From Malacoraja senta (lineage: Eukaryota), in NCBI GenBank assembly GCA_038087875.1, contig JAXLNO010002598.1:1-64000 (forward strand): a stretch of DNA of 64,000 nt, read 5' to 3'. Position numbers and translations under genes: made by a program. Below the pieces are notes generated by a model, which did not search any database, was not told the DNA's origin, and saw only the letters and a list, made by a program, of their open reading frames with translations. Below, in pieces: positions 34,018 to 47,850 of this stretch (its first letter is position 1; the number at the start of each line of letters is the position of its first letter).

Positions 34018-37000
34018 GTCGTGAATAACAGGATGCTTTATTCAGGCATTGTAAAGGCTCTGTCTCACGGTGTTGCGGTCATTGGCGGTGAAGTGCGGCA
34101 TCGCCGGAAGAGGGGACCGCACGGCAACCACGAGAGCGCCGCACGGATGCTGCGCGGGGGCCGAGTGATCTCCGTACGGCTGGTTCCACGAGCTTGCGGC
34201 GTCGGGTGATGACGTCATCACGCGATGACGTCTTTCGGATCGCGGGGCTATGGCGGCGGACGTGACGCACACGTGCCTCACTGGCGGTGGCGGCGGCCGT
34301 GCCGCACATGTGCCTCACTGGCGGCGGCTGTGGCGGTGAAAGCTCGACTCACGGCGCTCGTGCCGCACTGGCGCCGGCTGTGGCGGTGACCGTGCCGCAC
34401 TCGTGCCTCACTGGCGGCGGCTGTGCGGTAGGAAATTATTTTTAGACATTGTTGACTTTTTGTGAGCACCGTGCGGTGTTGGGACCAACGCCGCACGGCC
34501 CCGGCGGTGTGCGTTTGACCGAACCCGCGGTCTCTGGCGGTCCACGAGCGGTAGATACTTCCTGTATCACCGCCAATGACCGCAGACTCGTGAGACAGGC
34601 CTTTTAGTTGACAATACATGGACGTTTAACACTCTAACATAACAGTTGTAGTTGTTGAGAGGCTGTTGCCTCGTGGGCTCGGTTGTGCTCCTGCTGCGGT
34701 GGCAGGACACTCTCATGAAGTCAGAGGAGGAGCAAGAGCCAGAGACAGAGAACGAGAGAGAGGGAAGGTCAGGACTTATATACTGGGACACACCCAATAT
34801 ATCTCGTGACTCTTTCCCAGGGTTGCCGACGGTTCGCATAGGAGGAGTGGCCTAACCATTAGGTGCCGCTACAATACTTCTAATAAAATAAAAAATAAAT
34901 AAAAATCATGCCTGACATCTTCTCCAGATGAAATCCCACGACCTGCCCAGTCTTTTCAGTAAGTTCCATCCTCTCAGTTATGCCGTTATTCTCATGTACA
35001 TTCCTTGTGTTTTCCCCCATCGTTCCACATCTCGGCGGCTCTATCCGCTTTCTGTCTGCATGACAGTGGTGATAAGAGTTGGGAAATGGGAATTATCAGA
35101 GGGTTACAGAAATTTGGTGAAATTCCCGGTGTAGGGATGAGGATGGTCCATCTCAATCAATTGAGATTTGTGTTTAATTTCTTTCAGGAGGAAGCTGGGC
35201 GCAAGCGAAGGTAGGACATTGTCTTGATGGAAACATTGTATGTTTTTGTGGAACAACTCAAAACATTTCTAATGCTCAGTTTATAACCAGCTGTTAAATA
35301 TTTCCAGGGTTCGTGATGAAGCAGAACCACTGTCGGTGGTAAATGAAGCTTGCCGATTGAAAAGTTTCATTGCTCTGTTTCGTTCAACACCACATTCAAA
35401 GAAATATCTGAGGACTTCAAGCAAGGTAAACCTTATACCTTTTCCATTATTCTTGTGTCTGACATCTTTATGCCGTACACCTGACACCTAACACCTTATA
35501 ATTTCCCAGCCTCGCACAGCCCGGTTTGAACTTCCCCACAAAATCCATAAACACAACTGCCCTGTCCCACTGAAATAATTTCCACGTACTTCGACACCAT
35601 CCTATCCCCCCCTGTTCCAATCCGTACCAACCTATGTCCAAGTTACCTCACATTCCCTTCGTCCCTTTAATGACCTGCTTTCAGAGCCTCCACCCCCTCA
35701 TCTTTACCATGGACGTTCATTCACTCTGCACCTCCATCCCCCACCAGGAAGGCCTTAAAGTCCACCGTTTCTTCCTCGACCGCAGAACCATCCAATTTCC
35801 CTCTACTAACACTACACCGCCTAGCGGAGCTGGTTCTCACTCTTAATAACCTCCTTCGAATCTTCCCACTTCCTCCAAGTCCAAGGACCTATCCCCGAAC
35901 TCTATCTCCATTACATTGATGACTGCATCGGTGCTACCTCCTGCACCCATGCAGAAATCATGGAGCATCAACTTCACCACTAATTTCCATCCTGCAATCA
36001 AAATCACCGACACCTCCCTCCCCTTTCTTGATCTTACATTCTCCATCACGGGAAATAGACTATCGATAGACATCTATTACAAACCCACTGAATCCCACAA
36101 CTATCTCGACAACACTTCTCCCTACCCTGCTTCATGCAAAGACTCTATCCCCTACTCCCAATTGGTCCATCTACGACGCATCTGCGCCCAAGATGAGGTA
36201 TTCCATTCCAGGAAATCCGAGATGTCCTCATTCTTTAGGGAACTTGGGTTCCCCTCCCCTATCATAGATGAGGCTCGCCCTAGTCACAACTTAGACAGAG
36301 CCACCCTTGTCCTTACCTTTCACCCCATCAGCCGCCACACACAGCACATAATCCTCCAAAATTTCCGCCACCTCCAATGGGATCCCACCACTAGCCACAT
36401 TTTCCCATCTCCTCCCCTTTCTACCTTCCGCAAAGACCATTCCCTCTGCACCTTCTTGGTTAACTCACCCCTTCCCACCTAAACCACCCCTTCCCCAGTA
36501 CGTTCCCCTGCAACCGCAGAAGATGCAACACCGGTACCTATACAATAGACAAAAAACAACAGGTGCAGGAGTAGGCCATTTGGCCCTTCGAGCCAGCACC
36601 TCCATTCAATGTGATCATGGCTGATCATCCCCAATCAGTAGCCCGTTCCTGCCTTCTCCCCATATCCCCTGACTCCACTACCTTTAAGAGCCCTATCTTG
36701 AAAGCATCCAGAGAACCGGCCTCCCTCGCCCTCTGAGGCAGAGAATTCCACAGACTCGCTACTCTCTGTGAGAAAAAATTTTCTTCGTCTCCATTCTAAA
36801 TGGCTTACTCCTTATTCTTAAACTGTGGCCACTGGTTCTGGACTCCCCCAACATCGGGAACATGTTTCTTGCCTCTAGCGTGTCCAAATCCTTAACAATC
36901 TTATATGTTTCAATGAGATCTCCTCTCATCCTTCTAAGCTCCAGAGTGTACAAGCCCAGCCGCTCCATTCTCTCAGCATATGACAGTCCCGCCATCCCGG

Positions 37001-38094
37001 GAATTAACATTGTAAACCTACGCTGCACTCCCTCAATAGCAAGAATCTCCTTCCTCAAATTAGTGGACCAAAACTGCACACAATACTCCAGGTGTGGTCT
37101 CACTAGGGCTCTGTACAACTGCAGAAGGACCTCTTTGCTCCTATATTCAATTCCTCTTGTTATAAAGGCCAACATGCCATTCGCTTTCTTCACTGCCTGC
37201 TGTACCTGCATGCTTACTTTCATAAACTGATGAACAAAGACCCCTAGATCCCGTTGTACTTCCCCTTTCCCCAACTTGACACACATTTATCCTCATTAAA
37301 CTTCATCTGCCATGCATCTGCCCACTCCCCCAACCAGTCCAAGTCACCCTGCATTCTCATGGCATCCTCCTCACAGTTCACACTGCCACCCAGCTTAGTG
37401 TCATCTGCAAATTTGCTAATGTTACTTTGAATCCCTTCATCCAAATCATACCACCTCTCTTGACTCTGTCCAGGAACCACAACAGTCCTTTCAGGTTAGG
37501 CAGAGGTTCACTTGCACCTCCTCCAACCTCATCTACTGTATTTATTGTTCAAGATGTGGACTCTTATACATCGATGAGAACAAACGCAGACTGGGCGATC
37601 GTTTCGCTGAACACCTTCGCTCAGTCTGCCTGAACCTACCTGATCTCTCGGTGGCTAAAACTTTAATTTTCCTTCCCATTCCCACACAGACCTTTCTGTA
37701 CTAGGTCTCCTCCATTGTCAGAGTGAGGATGAATGCAAAATGGAGGAACAGCATCTCATATTTTGCTTGGGCAGTTTACAGCTCAGTGGTATGAAATGTT
37801 GATTTCTCTAACTTCAGGTAGCCCTGGCATTCCCTCTCTCTCTTTCCCTCCCCACCCAAGTCACACTAGTTTCTCGTTTTCACCTAATAAATAGCTAACA
37901 ATGGCCTGTTTAATCTCATCGTTATATTTTGCATATCTTCCATTCATTGTTCTTTATCTCTTTACATCATCGCCTATATCTTTTGTTTCCCTTATCCATA
38001 ACCAGTCTGAAGAAGGGTCTTGAACCGAAACGTCACCCACTCCTTCTCTCCACAGATACTGCCTGTCCCGCTGAATTACTCCAGCTTTTTGAGT

Positions 38095-41093
38095 CTATAA
38101 CCATAACCATAACCATAACAGCACGGAAACAGGCCATTTCGGCCCTTCAAGTCCGTGCCGAACACTTTTTTATTTTTATTTTTTTTATTTTTTAAAAACT
38201 CCCCCCTAGTCCCATTTACATGCACTCAGACCATAACCCTCCATTCCTTTCCCGTCCATATACCCATCCAATCTATTTTTAAAGGATAACATCGAACCTG
38301 CCTCCACCACTTCCACTGGAAGCTCATTCCACACAGCTACCACTCTCTGAGTAAAGAAGTTACCCCTAATGTTACCCCTAAACTTCTGTCCCTTAATTCT
38401 CAAGTCATGTCCCCTTGTTTGAATCTTCCCTACTCTCAATGGGAAAAGCTTATCCACGTCCACTCTGTCTAACCCGCTCATAATTTTAAAGACCTCTATC
38501 AAGTCCCCTCTTAACCTTCTGCACTCCAAAGAATAAAGACCTAACTTGCTCAACCTTTCTCTGTAACTTAGTTGCTGAAACCCAGGCAACATTCTAGTAA
38601 ATCTCCTCTGTACTCTCTCTATTTTGTTGACATCCTTCCTATAATTAGGCGACCAAAATTGTACTCCATACTCCAGAATTGGCCTCACCAATGCCTTGTA
38701 CAATTTTAACATTACATCCCAACTTCTATATTCAATGCTCTGATTTATAAAGGCCAGCACACCAAAAGCTTTCTTTACCACCCTATCTACATGAGATTCC
38801 ACCTTCAGGGAACTATGCACAGTTATTCCTAGATCCCTCTGTTCAACTGCATTCCTCAATTCGCTACCATTTACCATGTACGTCCTATTTTGATTTGTCC
38901 TGCCGAGATGTAGCACCTCACATTTATCAGCATTAAACTCCATCTGCCATCTTTCAGCCCACTCTTCCAAATGGCCTAAATCTCTCTGTAGACTTTGAAA
39001 ATCGACTTCATTATCCACAACACCACCTATCTTAGTATCATCTGCATACTTACTAATCCAATTTTCCACACCATCATCCAGATCATTAATGTACATGACA
39101 AACAACAGTGGACCCAACACAGACCCCTGAGGCATCCCACTAGTCACTGGCCTCCAACCTGACAAACAGCCATCCACCATTACTCTCTGGCATCTCCCAT
39201 TCAGCCACTGTTGAATCCATCTTGCTACTCCACCATTAATACCCAACAATTGAATCTTCTTAACCAACCTTCCATGAGGAACCTTGTCAAAGGCCTTACT
39301 GAAGTCCATATAGACTACATCCACTGCTTTACCCTCATCAATTTCCCTAGTAACCTCTTCGAAAAATTCAAGAAGATTAGTCAAGCATGACCTTCCAGGC
39401 ACAAATCCATGTTGACTGCTCCTAATCAGACCCTGCTTATCCAGATGCTTATATATATTATCTTTAAGTATCCTTTCCATTAATTTGCCCACCACTGACG
39501 TCAAACTAACAGATCTATAATTGCTAGGTTTACTCTCAGAACCCTTTTTAAACAACGGAACAACATGCGCAGTACGCCAATCCTCCGGCACTATTCCCGT
39601 TTCTAATGACATTTGAAATATTTCTGTCATAGCCCCTGCTATTTCTACACTAACTTCCCTCAATGTCCTAGGGAATATCCTGTCAGGACCTGGAGACTTA
39701 TCCGTTTTCATATTTTTCAAAAGTGTCCGCACCTCCTCTTCTTTGAATCTCATAGTTTCCATTGCTACTCTGCTTGTTTCCTTTACCTCACATAATTCCA
39801 TATCCTTCTCCTTGGTCAATACCGAAGAAAAGAAATTGTTCAATATCTCCCCCATCTCTTTTGGTTCTGCAGATAGCTGTCCACTCTGACTCTCTAATGG
39901 ACCAATTTTATTCCTTGTTATCCTTTTGCTATTAATATAGGTGTAGAAACCCTTTGGATTTACTTTCACCTTACTTGCCAAAGCAACCTCATATCTTCTT
40001 TTAGCTTTTCTAATTTCTTTCTTAATATTCTTTTTACATTCTTTATACTCCTCAAGCACCTCATTTACTCCATGCTGCCTATAATTATTGTAGATCTCTT
40101 TTTCCGAACCAAGTGTCCAATTTCCCTTGAAAACCATGGCTCTTTCCAATTTTTACTATTTCCTTTCAACCGAACAGGGACATAAAGATTCTGTACTCTT
40201 AAAATGTCACCCTTAAATGTCCTCCATTTCTCTTCTACATCCTTCCCTTAAAACAACATGTCCCAATTCACTCCTTTTAAATCCTTTCGCATCTCCTCAA
40301 AGTTATCCTTTCTCCAATCAAAAATCTCAACCCTAGGTCCAGTTCTGACCCTCTCCATAATTATATTGAAACTAATGGTATTGTGATCACTGGACCCGAA
40401 GTGCTCCCCGACGCACACCTCCGCTACCTGCCCTGTCTCATTTCATAACAGGAGGTCCAGCACTGCCCCTTCTCTAGTAGGTACCTCTATGGGTTGCTGA
40501 AAAAAACTATCCTGCACACATTTTACAAACTCCAAACCATCCAGTCGTTTTACAGAATGTGTTTCCCAGTCTATGTGTGGAAAATTGAAATCTCCCACAA
40601 TCACTACCTTGTGCTTACTACTAATATCTGCTATCTCCTTACATATTTGCTCTTCCAATTCTCGCTCCCCATTTGGCGGTCTATAATACACCCCTATAAG
40701 TGTTGCTACACTTTTCCCATTTCTCAGTTCCACCCAAATAGCCTCCCTAGACGAGCCCTCTAATCTATCCTGCCAAAGCACTGCTGTAATATCTTCCTTG
40801 ACAAGCAATGCAACACCCCCACCTCTTGCCCCTCCAATTCTATCACCCCTGAAGCAACGAAATCCTGGAATATTTAGTTTCCAATCACAGCCCTCCTGCA
40901 GCCATGTTTCACTGATCGCCACAACATCATACTTCCAGGTGTCAATCCAGGGTCTAAGCTCATCCACCTTTCTTACAATGCTCCTAGCATTAAAATATAC
41001 ACATTTAAGAAACCCAACACCACTTATTCTCTGTTTATTATCTTTTTCTTCTTTCTCCCCTACATTTTGGGTCCGAGTGCTTCCCTTCTCTGC
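38095..41093 (-). pseudogene. Unit 2 CR1 ORF2 copy, inactivated
   Basis: ORFs 40443-40967 (private TGA) and 38206-40149. Confidence 0.95.
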
Positions 41094-44000
41094 GTCGTGA
41101 ATAACAGGATGCTTTATTCAGGCATTGTAAAGGCTCTGTCTCACGGTGTTGCGGTCATTGGCGGTGAAGCGCGGCATCGCCGGAAGAGGGGACCGCACGG
41201 CAACCACGAGAGCGCCGCACGGATGCTGCGCGGGGGCCGAGTGATCTCCGTACGGCTGGTTCCACGAGCTTGCGGTGTCGGGTGATGACGTCATCACGCG
41301 ATGATGTCTTTCGGATCGCGGGGCTATGGCGGCGGACGTGACGCACACGTGCCTCACTGGCGGCGGCCATGCCGCACACGTGCCTCACTGGCGGCGGCTG
41401 TGGCGGTGAAAGTTCGACTCACGGCGCTCGTGCTGCACTGGCGGCGGCTGTTGCGGAGACCGTGCCGCACTCGTGCCTCACTGGCAGCGGCTGTGCGGTA
41501 GGAAATAATTTTTAGACATTGTTGACTTTTTGTGAGCACCGTGCGGTGTTGGGACCAACGCCGCACGGCCCCGGCGGTGTGCGTTTGACCGAACCCGCGG
41601 TCTCTGGCGGTCCACGAGCGGTAGATACTTCCTGTATCACCGCCAAGACCGCAGACTCGTGAGACAGGCCTTTTAGTTGACAATACATGGACGTTTAACA
41701 CTCTAACATAACAGTTGTAGTTGTTGAGAGGCTGTTGCCTCGTGGGCTCGGTTGTGCTCCTGCTGCGGTGGCAGGACACTCTCATGAAGTCAGAGGAGGA
41801 GCAAGAGCCAGAGACAGAGAACGAGAGAGAGGGAAGGTCAGGACTTATATACTGGGACACACCCAATATATCTCGTGACTCTTTCCCAGGGTTGCCGAGG
41901 GTTCGCATAGGAGGAGTGGCCTAACCATTAGGTGCCGCTACAATACTTCTAATAAAATAAAAAAATAAATAAAAATCATGCCTGACATCTTCTCCAGATG
42001 AAATCCCACGACCTGCCCAGTCTTTTCAGTAAGTTCCATCCTCTCAGTTATGCCGTTATTCTCATGAACATTCCTTGTGTTTTCCCCCATCGTTCCACAT
42101 CTCGGCGGCTCTATCCGCTTTCTGTCTGCATGACAGTGGTGATAAGAGTTGGGAAATGGGAATTATCAGAGGGTTACAGAAATTTGGAGAAATTCCCGGT
42201 GTAGGGATGAGGATGGTCCATCTCAATCAATTGAGATTTGTGTTTTATTTATTTCAGGAAGAAGCTGGGCGCAAGCGAAGGTAGGACATTGTCTTGGTGG
42301 AAACATTGTACGTTTTTGTGGAACAACTCAAAACATTTCTAATCCTCAGTTTATAACCAGCTGTTAAATATTTCCAGGGTTCGTGATGAAGCCAAACCAC
42401 TGTCGGTGGTAAATGAAGCCTTGCCGATTGAAAAGTTTCATTGCCCTGTTTCGTTCAACACCACATTCAAAGAAATATCTGAGGACTTCAAGCAAGGTAG
42501 ACCTTATACCTTTTCCATTATTCTTGTTTCTGACATCTTTATGCCGTACACCTGACACCTAACACCTTATAATTTCCCAGCCTCGCACACCCCGGTTTGA
42601 ACTTCCCCACAAAATCCATAAACACAACTGCCCTGTCCCACTGAAATAATTTCCACGTACTTCGACACCATCCTATCCCCCCCTGTTCCAATCCGTACCA
42701 ACCTATGTCCAAGATACCTCACATTCCCTTCGTTCCTTTAATGACTTCTGCTTTCAGAGCCTCCACCCCCTTATCTTTACCATGGACGTTCATTCACTCT
42801 ACACCTCCATCCCCCACCAGGAAGGCCTTAAAGTCCACCGTTTCTTCCTCGACCGCAGAACCATCCAATTTCCCTCTACTAACACTACACCGCCTAGCGG
42901 AGCTGTTTCTCACTCTTAATAACCTCCTTCGAATCTTCCCACTTCCTCCAAGTCCAAGGACCTATCCCCGAACTCTATCTCCATTACATTGATGACTGCA
43001 TCGGTGCTACCTCCTGCACCCATGCAGAAATCATGGAGCATCAACTTCACCACTAATTTCCATCCTGCAATCAAAATCACCGACACCTCCCTCCCCTTTC
43101 TTGATCTTACATTCTCCATCACGGGAAATAGACTATCGATAGACATCTATTACAAACCCACTGAATCCCACAACTATCTCGACAACACTTCTCCCTACCC
43201 TGCTTCATGCAAAGACTCTATCCCCTACTCCCAATTGGTCCATCTACGCCGCATCTGCGCCCAAGATGAGGTATTCGATTCCAGGAAATCCGAGATGTCC
43301 TCATTCTTTAAGGAACTTGGGTTCCCCTCCCCCATCATAGATGAGGCTCGCCCGAGTCACAACTTAGACAGAGCCACCCTTGTCCTTGCCTTTCACCCCA
43401 TCAGCCGCCACACACAGCACATAATCCTCCAAAATTGCCGCCACCTCCAATGGGATCCCACCACTAGCCACATTTTCCCATCTCCTCCCCTTTCTACCTT
43501 CCGCAAAGACCATTCCCTCTGCACCTTCTTGGTTAACTCACCCCTTCCCACCTAAACCACCCCCTCCCCAGTACGTTCGCCTGCAACCGCAGAAGATGCA
43601 ACACCGGTACCTATACAATAGACAAAAAACAACAGGTGCAGGAGTAGGCCATTTGGCCCTTCGAGCCAGCACCTCCATTCAATGTGATCATGGCTGATCA
43701 TCCCCAATCAGTACCCCGTTCCTGCCTTCTCCCCATATCCCCTGACTCCACTACCTTTAAGAGCCCTATCTTGAAAGCATCCAGAGAACCGGCCTCCCTC
43801 GCCCTCTGAGGCAGAGAATTCCACAGACTCGCTACTCTCTGTGAGAAAAAAAATTCTTCGTCTCCATTCTAAATGGCTTACTCCTTATTCTTAAACTGTG
43901 GCCACTGGTTCTGGACTCCCCCAACATCGGGAACATGTTTCTTGCCTCTAGCGTGTCCAAATCCTTAACAATCTTATATGTTTCAATGAGATCTCCTCTC

Positions 44001-45167
44001 ATCCTTCTAAGCTCCAGTGTGTACAAGCCCAGCCGCTCCATTCTCTCAGCATATGACAGTCCCGCCATCCCGGGAATTAACATTGTAAACCTACGCTTCA
44101 CTCCCTCAATAGCAAGAATCTCCTTCCTCAAATTAGGGGACCAAAACTGCACACAATACTCCAGGTGTGGTCTCACTAGGGCTCTGTACAACTGCAGAAG
44201 GACCTCTTTGCTCCTATATTCAATTCCTCTTGTTATAAAGGCCAACATGCCATTCGCTTTCTTCACTGCCTGCTGTACCTGCATGCTTACTTTCATAAAC
44301 TGATGAACAAAGACCCCTAGATCCCGTTGTACTTCCCCTTTCCCCAACTTGACACACATTTATCCTCATTAAACTTCATCTGCCATGCATCTGCCCACTC
44401 CCCCAACCAGTCCAAGTCACCCTGCATTCTCATAGCATCCTCCTCACAGTTCACACTGCCACCCAGCTTAGTGTCATCTGCAAATTTGCTAATGTTACTT
44501 TGAATCCCTTCATCCAAATCATACCACCTCTCTTGACTCTGTCCAGGAACCCCAACAGTCCTTTCAGGTTAGGCAGAGGTTCACTTGCACCTCCTCCAAC
44601 CTCATCTACTGTATTTATTGTTCAAGATGTGGACTCTTATACATCGATGAGACCAAACGCAGACTGGGCGATCGTTTCGCTGAACACCTTCGCTCAGTCT
44701 GCCTGAACCTACCTGATCTCTCGGTGGCTAAAACTTTAATTTTCCTTCCCATTCCCACACAGACCTTTCTGTCCTAGGTCTCCTCCATTGTCAGAGTGAG
44801 GATGAATGCAAATTGGAGGAACAGCATCTCATATTTTGCTTGGGCAGTTTACAGCACAGTGGTATGAAATGTTGATTTCTCTAACTTCAGGTAGCCCCGG
44901 CATTGCCTCTCTCTCTTTCCCTCCCTACCCAAGTCACACTAGTTTCTCGTTTTCACCTAATAAATAGCTAACAATGGCCTGTTTAATCTCATCGTTATAT
45001 TTTGCATATCTTCCATTCATTGTTCTTTATCTCTTTACATCATCGCCTATATCTCTTGTTGCCCTTATCCATAACCAATCTGAAGAAGGGTCTTGAACCG
45101 AAACGTCACCCACTCCTTCTCTCCAGAGATGCTGCCTGTCCTGCTGAATTACTCCAGCTTTTTTAAT

Positions 45168-47850
45168 CTAGAACCATAACCATAACCATAACAGCACGGA
45201 AACAGGCCATCTCGGCCCTTCAAGTCCGTGCCGAACACTTAAAAATTTTTTTTTCTTTTTCTTTTTTTAAACTTCCCCCTAGTCCCATCTACCTGCACTC
45301 AGACCATAACCCTCCATTCCTTTCCCGTCCATATACCCATCCAATCTATTTTTAAAGGATAACATCGAACCTGCCTCCACCACTTCCACTGGAAGCTCAT
45401 TCCACACAGCTACCACTCTCTGAGTAAAGAAGTTCCCCCTAATGTTACCCCTAAACTTCTGTCCCTTAATTCTCAAGTCATGTCCCCTTGTTTGAATCTT
45501 CCCTACTCTCAATGGGAAAAGCTTATCCACGTCCACTCTGTCTAACCCGCTCATAATTTTAAAGACCTCTATCAAGTCCCCTCTTAACCTTCTGCGCTCC
45601 AAAGAATAAAGACCTAACTTGTTCAACCTTTCTCTGTAACTTAGTTGCTGAAACCCAGGCAACATTCTAGTAAATCTCCTCTGTACTCTCTCTATTTTGT
45701 TGACATCCTTCCTATAATTAGGCGACCAAAATTGTACTCCATACTCCAGAATTGGCCTCACCAATGCCTTGTACAATTTTAACATTACATCCCAACTTCT
45801 ATATTCAATGCTCTGATTTATAAAGGCCAGCACACCAAAAGCTTTCTTTACCACCCTATCTACATGAGATTCCACCTTCAGGGAACTATGCACAGTTATT
45901 CCTAGATCCCTCTGTTCAACTGCATTCCTCAATTCGCTACCATTTACCATGTACGTCCTATTTTGATTTGTCCTGCCGAGATGTAGCACCTCACATTTAT
46001 CAGCATTAAACTCCATCTGCCATCTTTCAGCCCACTCTTCCAAATGGCCTAAATCTCTCTGTAGACTTTGAAAATCGACTTCATTATGCACAACACCACC
46101 TATCTTAGTATCATCTGCATACTTACTAATCCAATTTTCCACACCATCATCCAGATCATTGATGTACATGACAAACAACAGTGGACCCAACACAGACCCC
46201 TGAGGCACCCCACTAGTCACCGGCCTCCAACCTGGCAAACAGCCATCCACCATTACTCTCTGGCATCTCCCATTCAGCCACTGTTGAATCCATCTTGCTA
46301 CTCCACCATTAATACCCAACAATTGAATCTTCTTAACCAACCTTCCATGAGGAACCTTGTCAAAGGCCTTACTGAAGTCCATATAGACAACATCCACTGC
46401 TTTACCCTCATCAATTTCCATAGTAACCTCTTCGAAAAATTCAAGAAGATTAGTCAAGCATGACCTTCCAGGCACAAATCCATGTTGACTGTTCCTAATC
46501 AGACCCTGCTTATCCAGATGCTTATATATATTATCTTTAAGTATCCTTTCCATTAATTTGCCCACCACTGACGTCAAACTAACAGATCTATAATTGCTAG
46601 GTTTACTCTTAGAACCCTTTTTAAACAACGGAACAACATGCGCAGTACGGCAATCCTCCGGCACTATTCCCGTTTCTAATGACATTTGAAATATTTCTGT
46701 CATAGCCCCTGCTATTTCTACACTAACTTCCCTCAATGTCCCAGGGAATATCTTCTTTTAGCTTTTCTAATTTCTTTCTTAATATTCTTTTTACATTCTT
46801 TATACTCCTCAAGCACCTCATTTACTCCATGCTGCCTATAATTATTGTAGATCTCTTTTTCCGAACCAAGTGTCCAATTTCCCTTGAAAACCATGGCTCT
46901 TTCCAATTTTTACTATTTCCTTTCAACCGAACAGGGACATAAAGATTCTGTACTCTTAAAATGTCACCCTTAAATGTCCTCCATTTCTCTTCTACATCCT
47001 TCCCTGAAAACAACATGTCCCAATTCACTCCTTTTAAATCCTTTCGCATCTCTTCAAAGTTATCCTTTCTCCAATCAAGAATCTCAACCCTAGGTCCAGT
47101 TCTGACCCTCTCCATAATTATATTGAAACTAATGGTATTGTGATCACTGGACCCGAAGTGCTCCCCGGCGCACACCTCCGCTACCTGCCCTGTCTCATTT
47201 CCTAACAGGAGGTCCAGCACTGCCCCTTCTCTAGTAGGTACCTCTATGGGTTGCTGAAAAAAACTATCCTGCACACATTTTACAAACTCCAAACCATCCA
47301 GTCGTTTTACAGAATGTGTTTCCCAGTCTATGTGTGGAAAATTGAAATCTCCCACAATCACTACCTTGTGCTTACTACTAATATCTGCTATCTCCTTACA
47401 TATTTGCTCTTCCAATTCTCGCTCCCCATTTGGCGGTCTATAATACACCCCTATAAGTGTTGCTACACCTTTCCCATTTCTCAGTTCCACCCAAATAGCC
47501 TCCCTAGACGAGCCCTCTAATCTATCCTGCCAAAGCACTGCTGTAATATCTTCCTTGACAAGCAATGCAACACCCCCACCTCTTGCCCCTCCAATTCTAT
47601 CACCCCTGAAGCAACGAAATCCTGGAATATTTAGTTTCCAATCACAGCCCTCCTGCAACCATGTTTCACTGATCGCCACAACATCATACTTCCAGGTGTC
47701 AATCCAGGGTCTAAGCTCATCCACCTTTCTTCCAATGCTCCTAGCATTAAAATATACACATTTAAGAAACCCACCACCACTTATTCTCTATTTATTATCT
47801 TTTTCTTCTTTCTCCCCTACATTTTGGGTCCGAGTGCTTCCCTTCTCTGC
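45168..47850 (-). pseudogene. Unit 3 CR1 ORF2 copy with ~320-bp internal deletion at ~46750
   Basis: ORFs 46822-47724 and 45279-46736; junction gggaatatc|ttcttttagc with ATATC microhomology. Confidence 0.95.
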
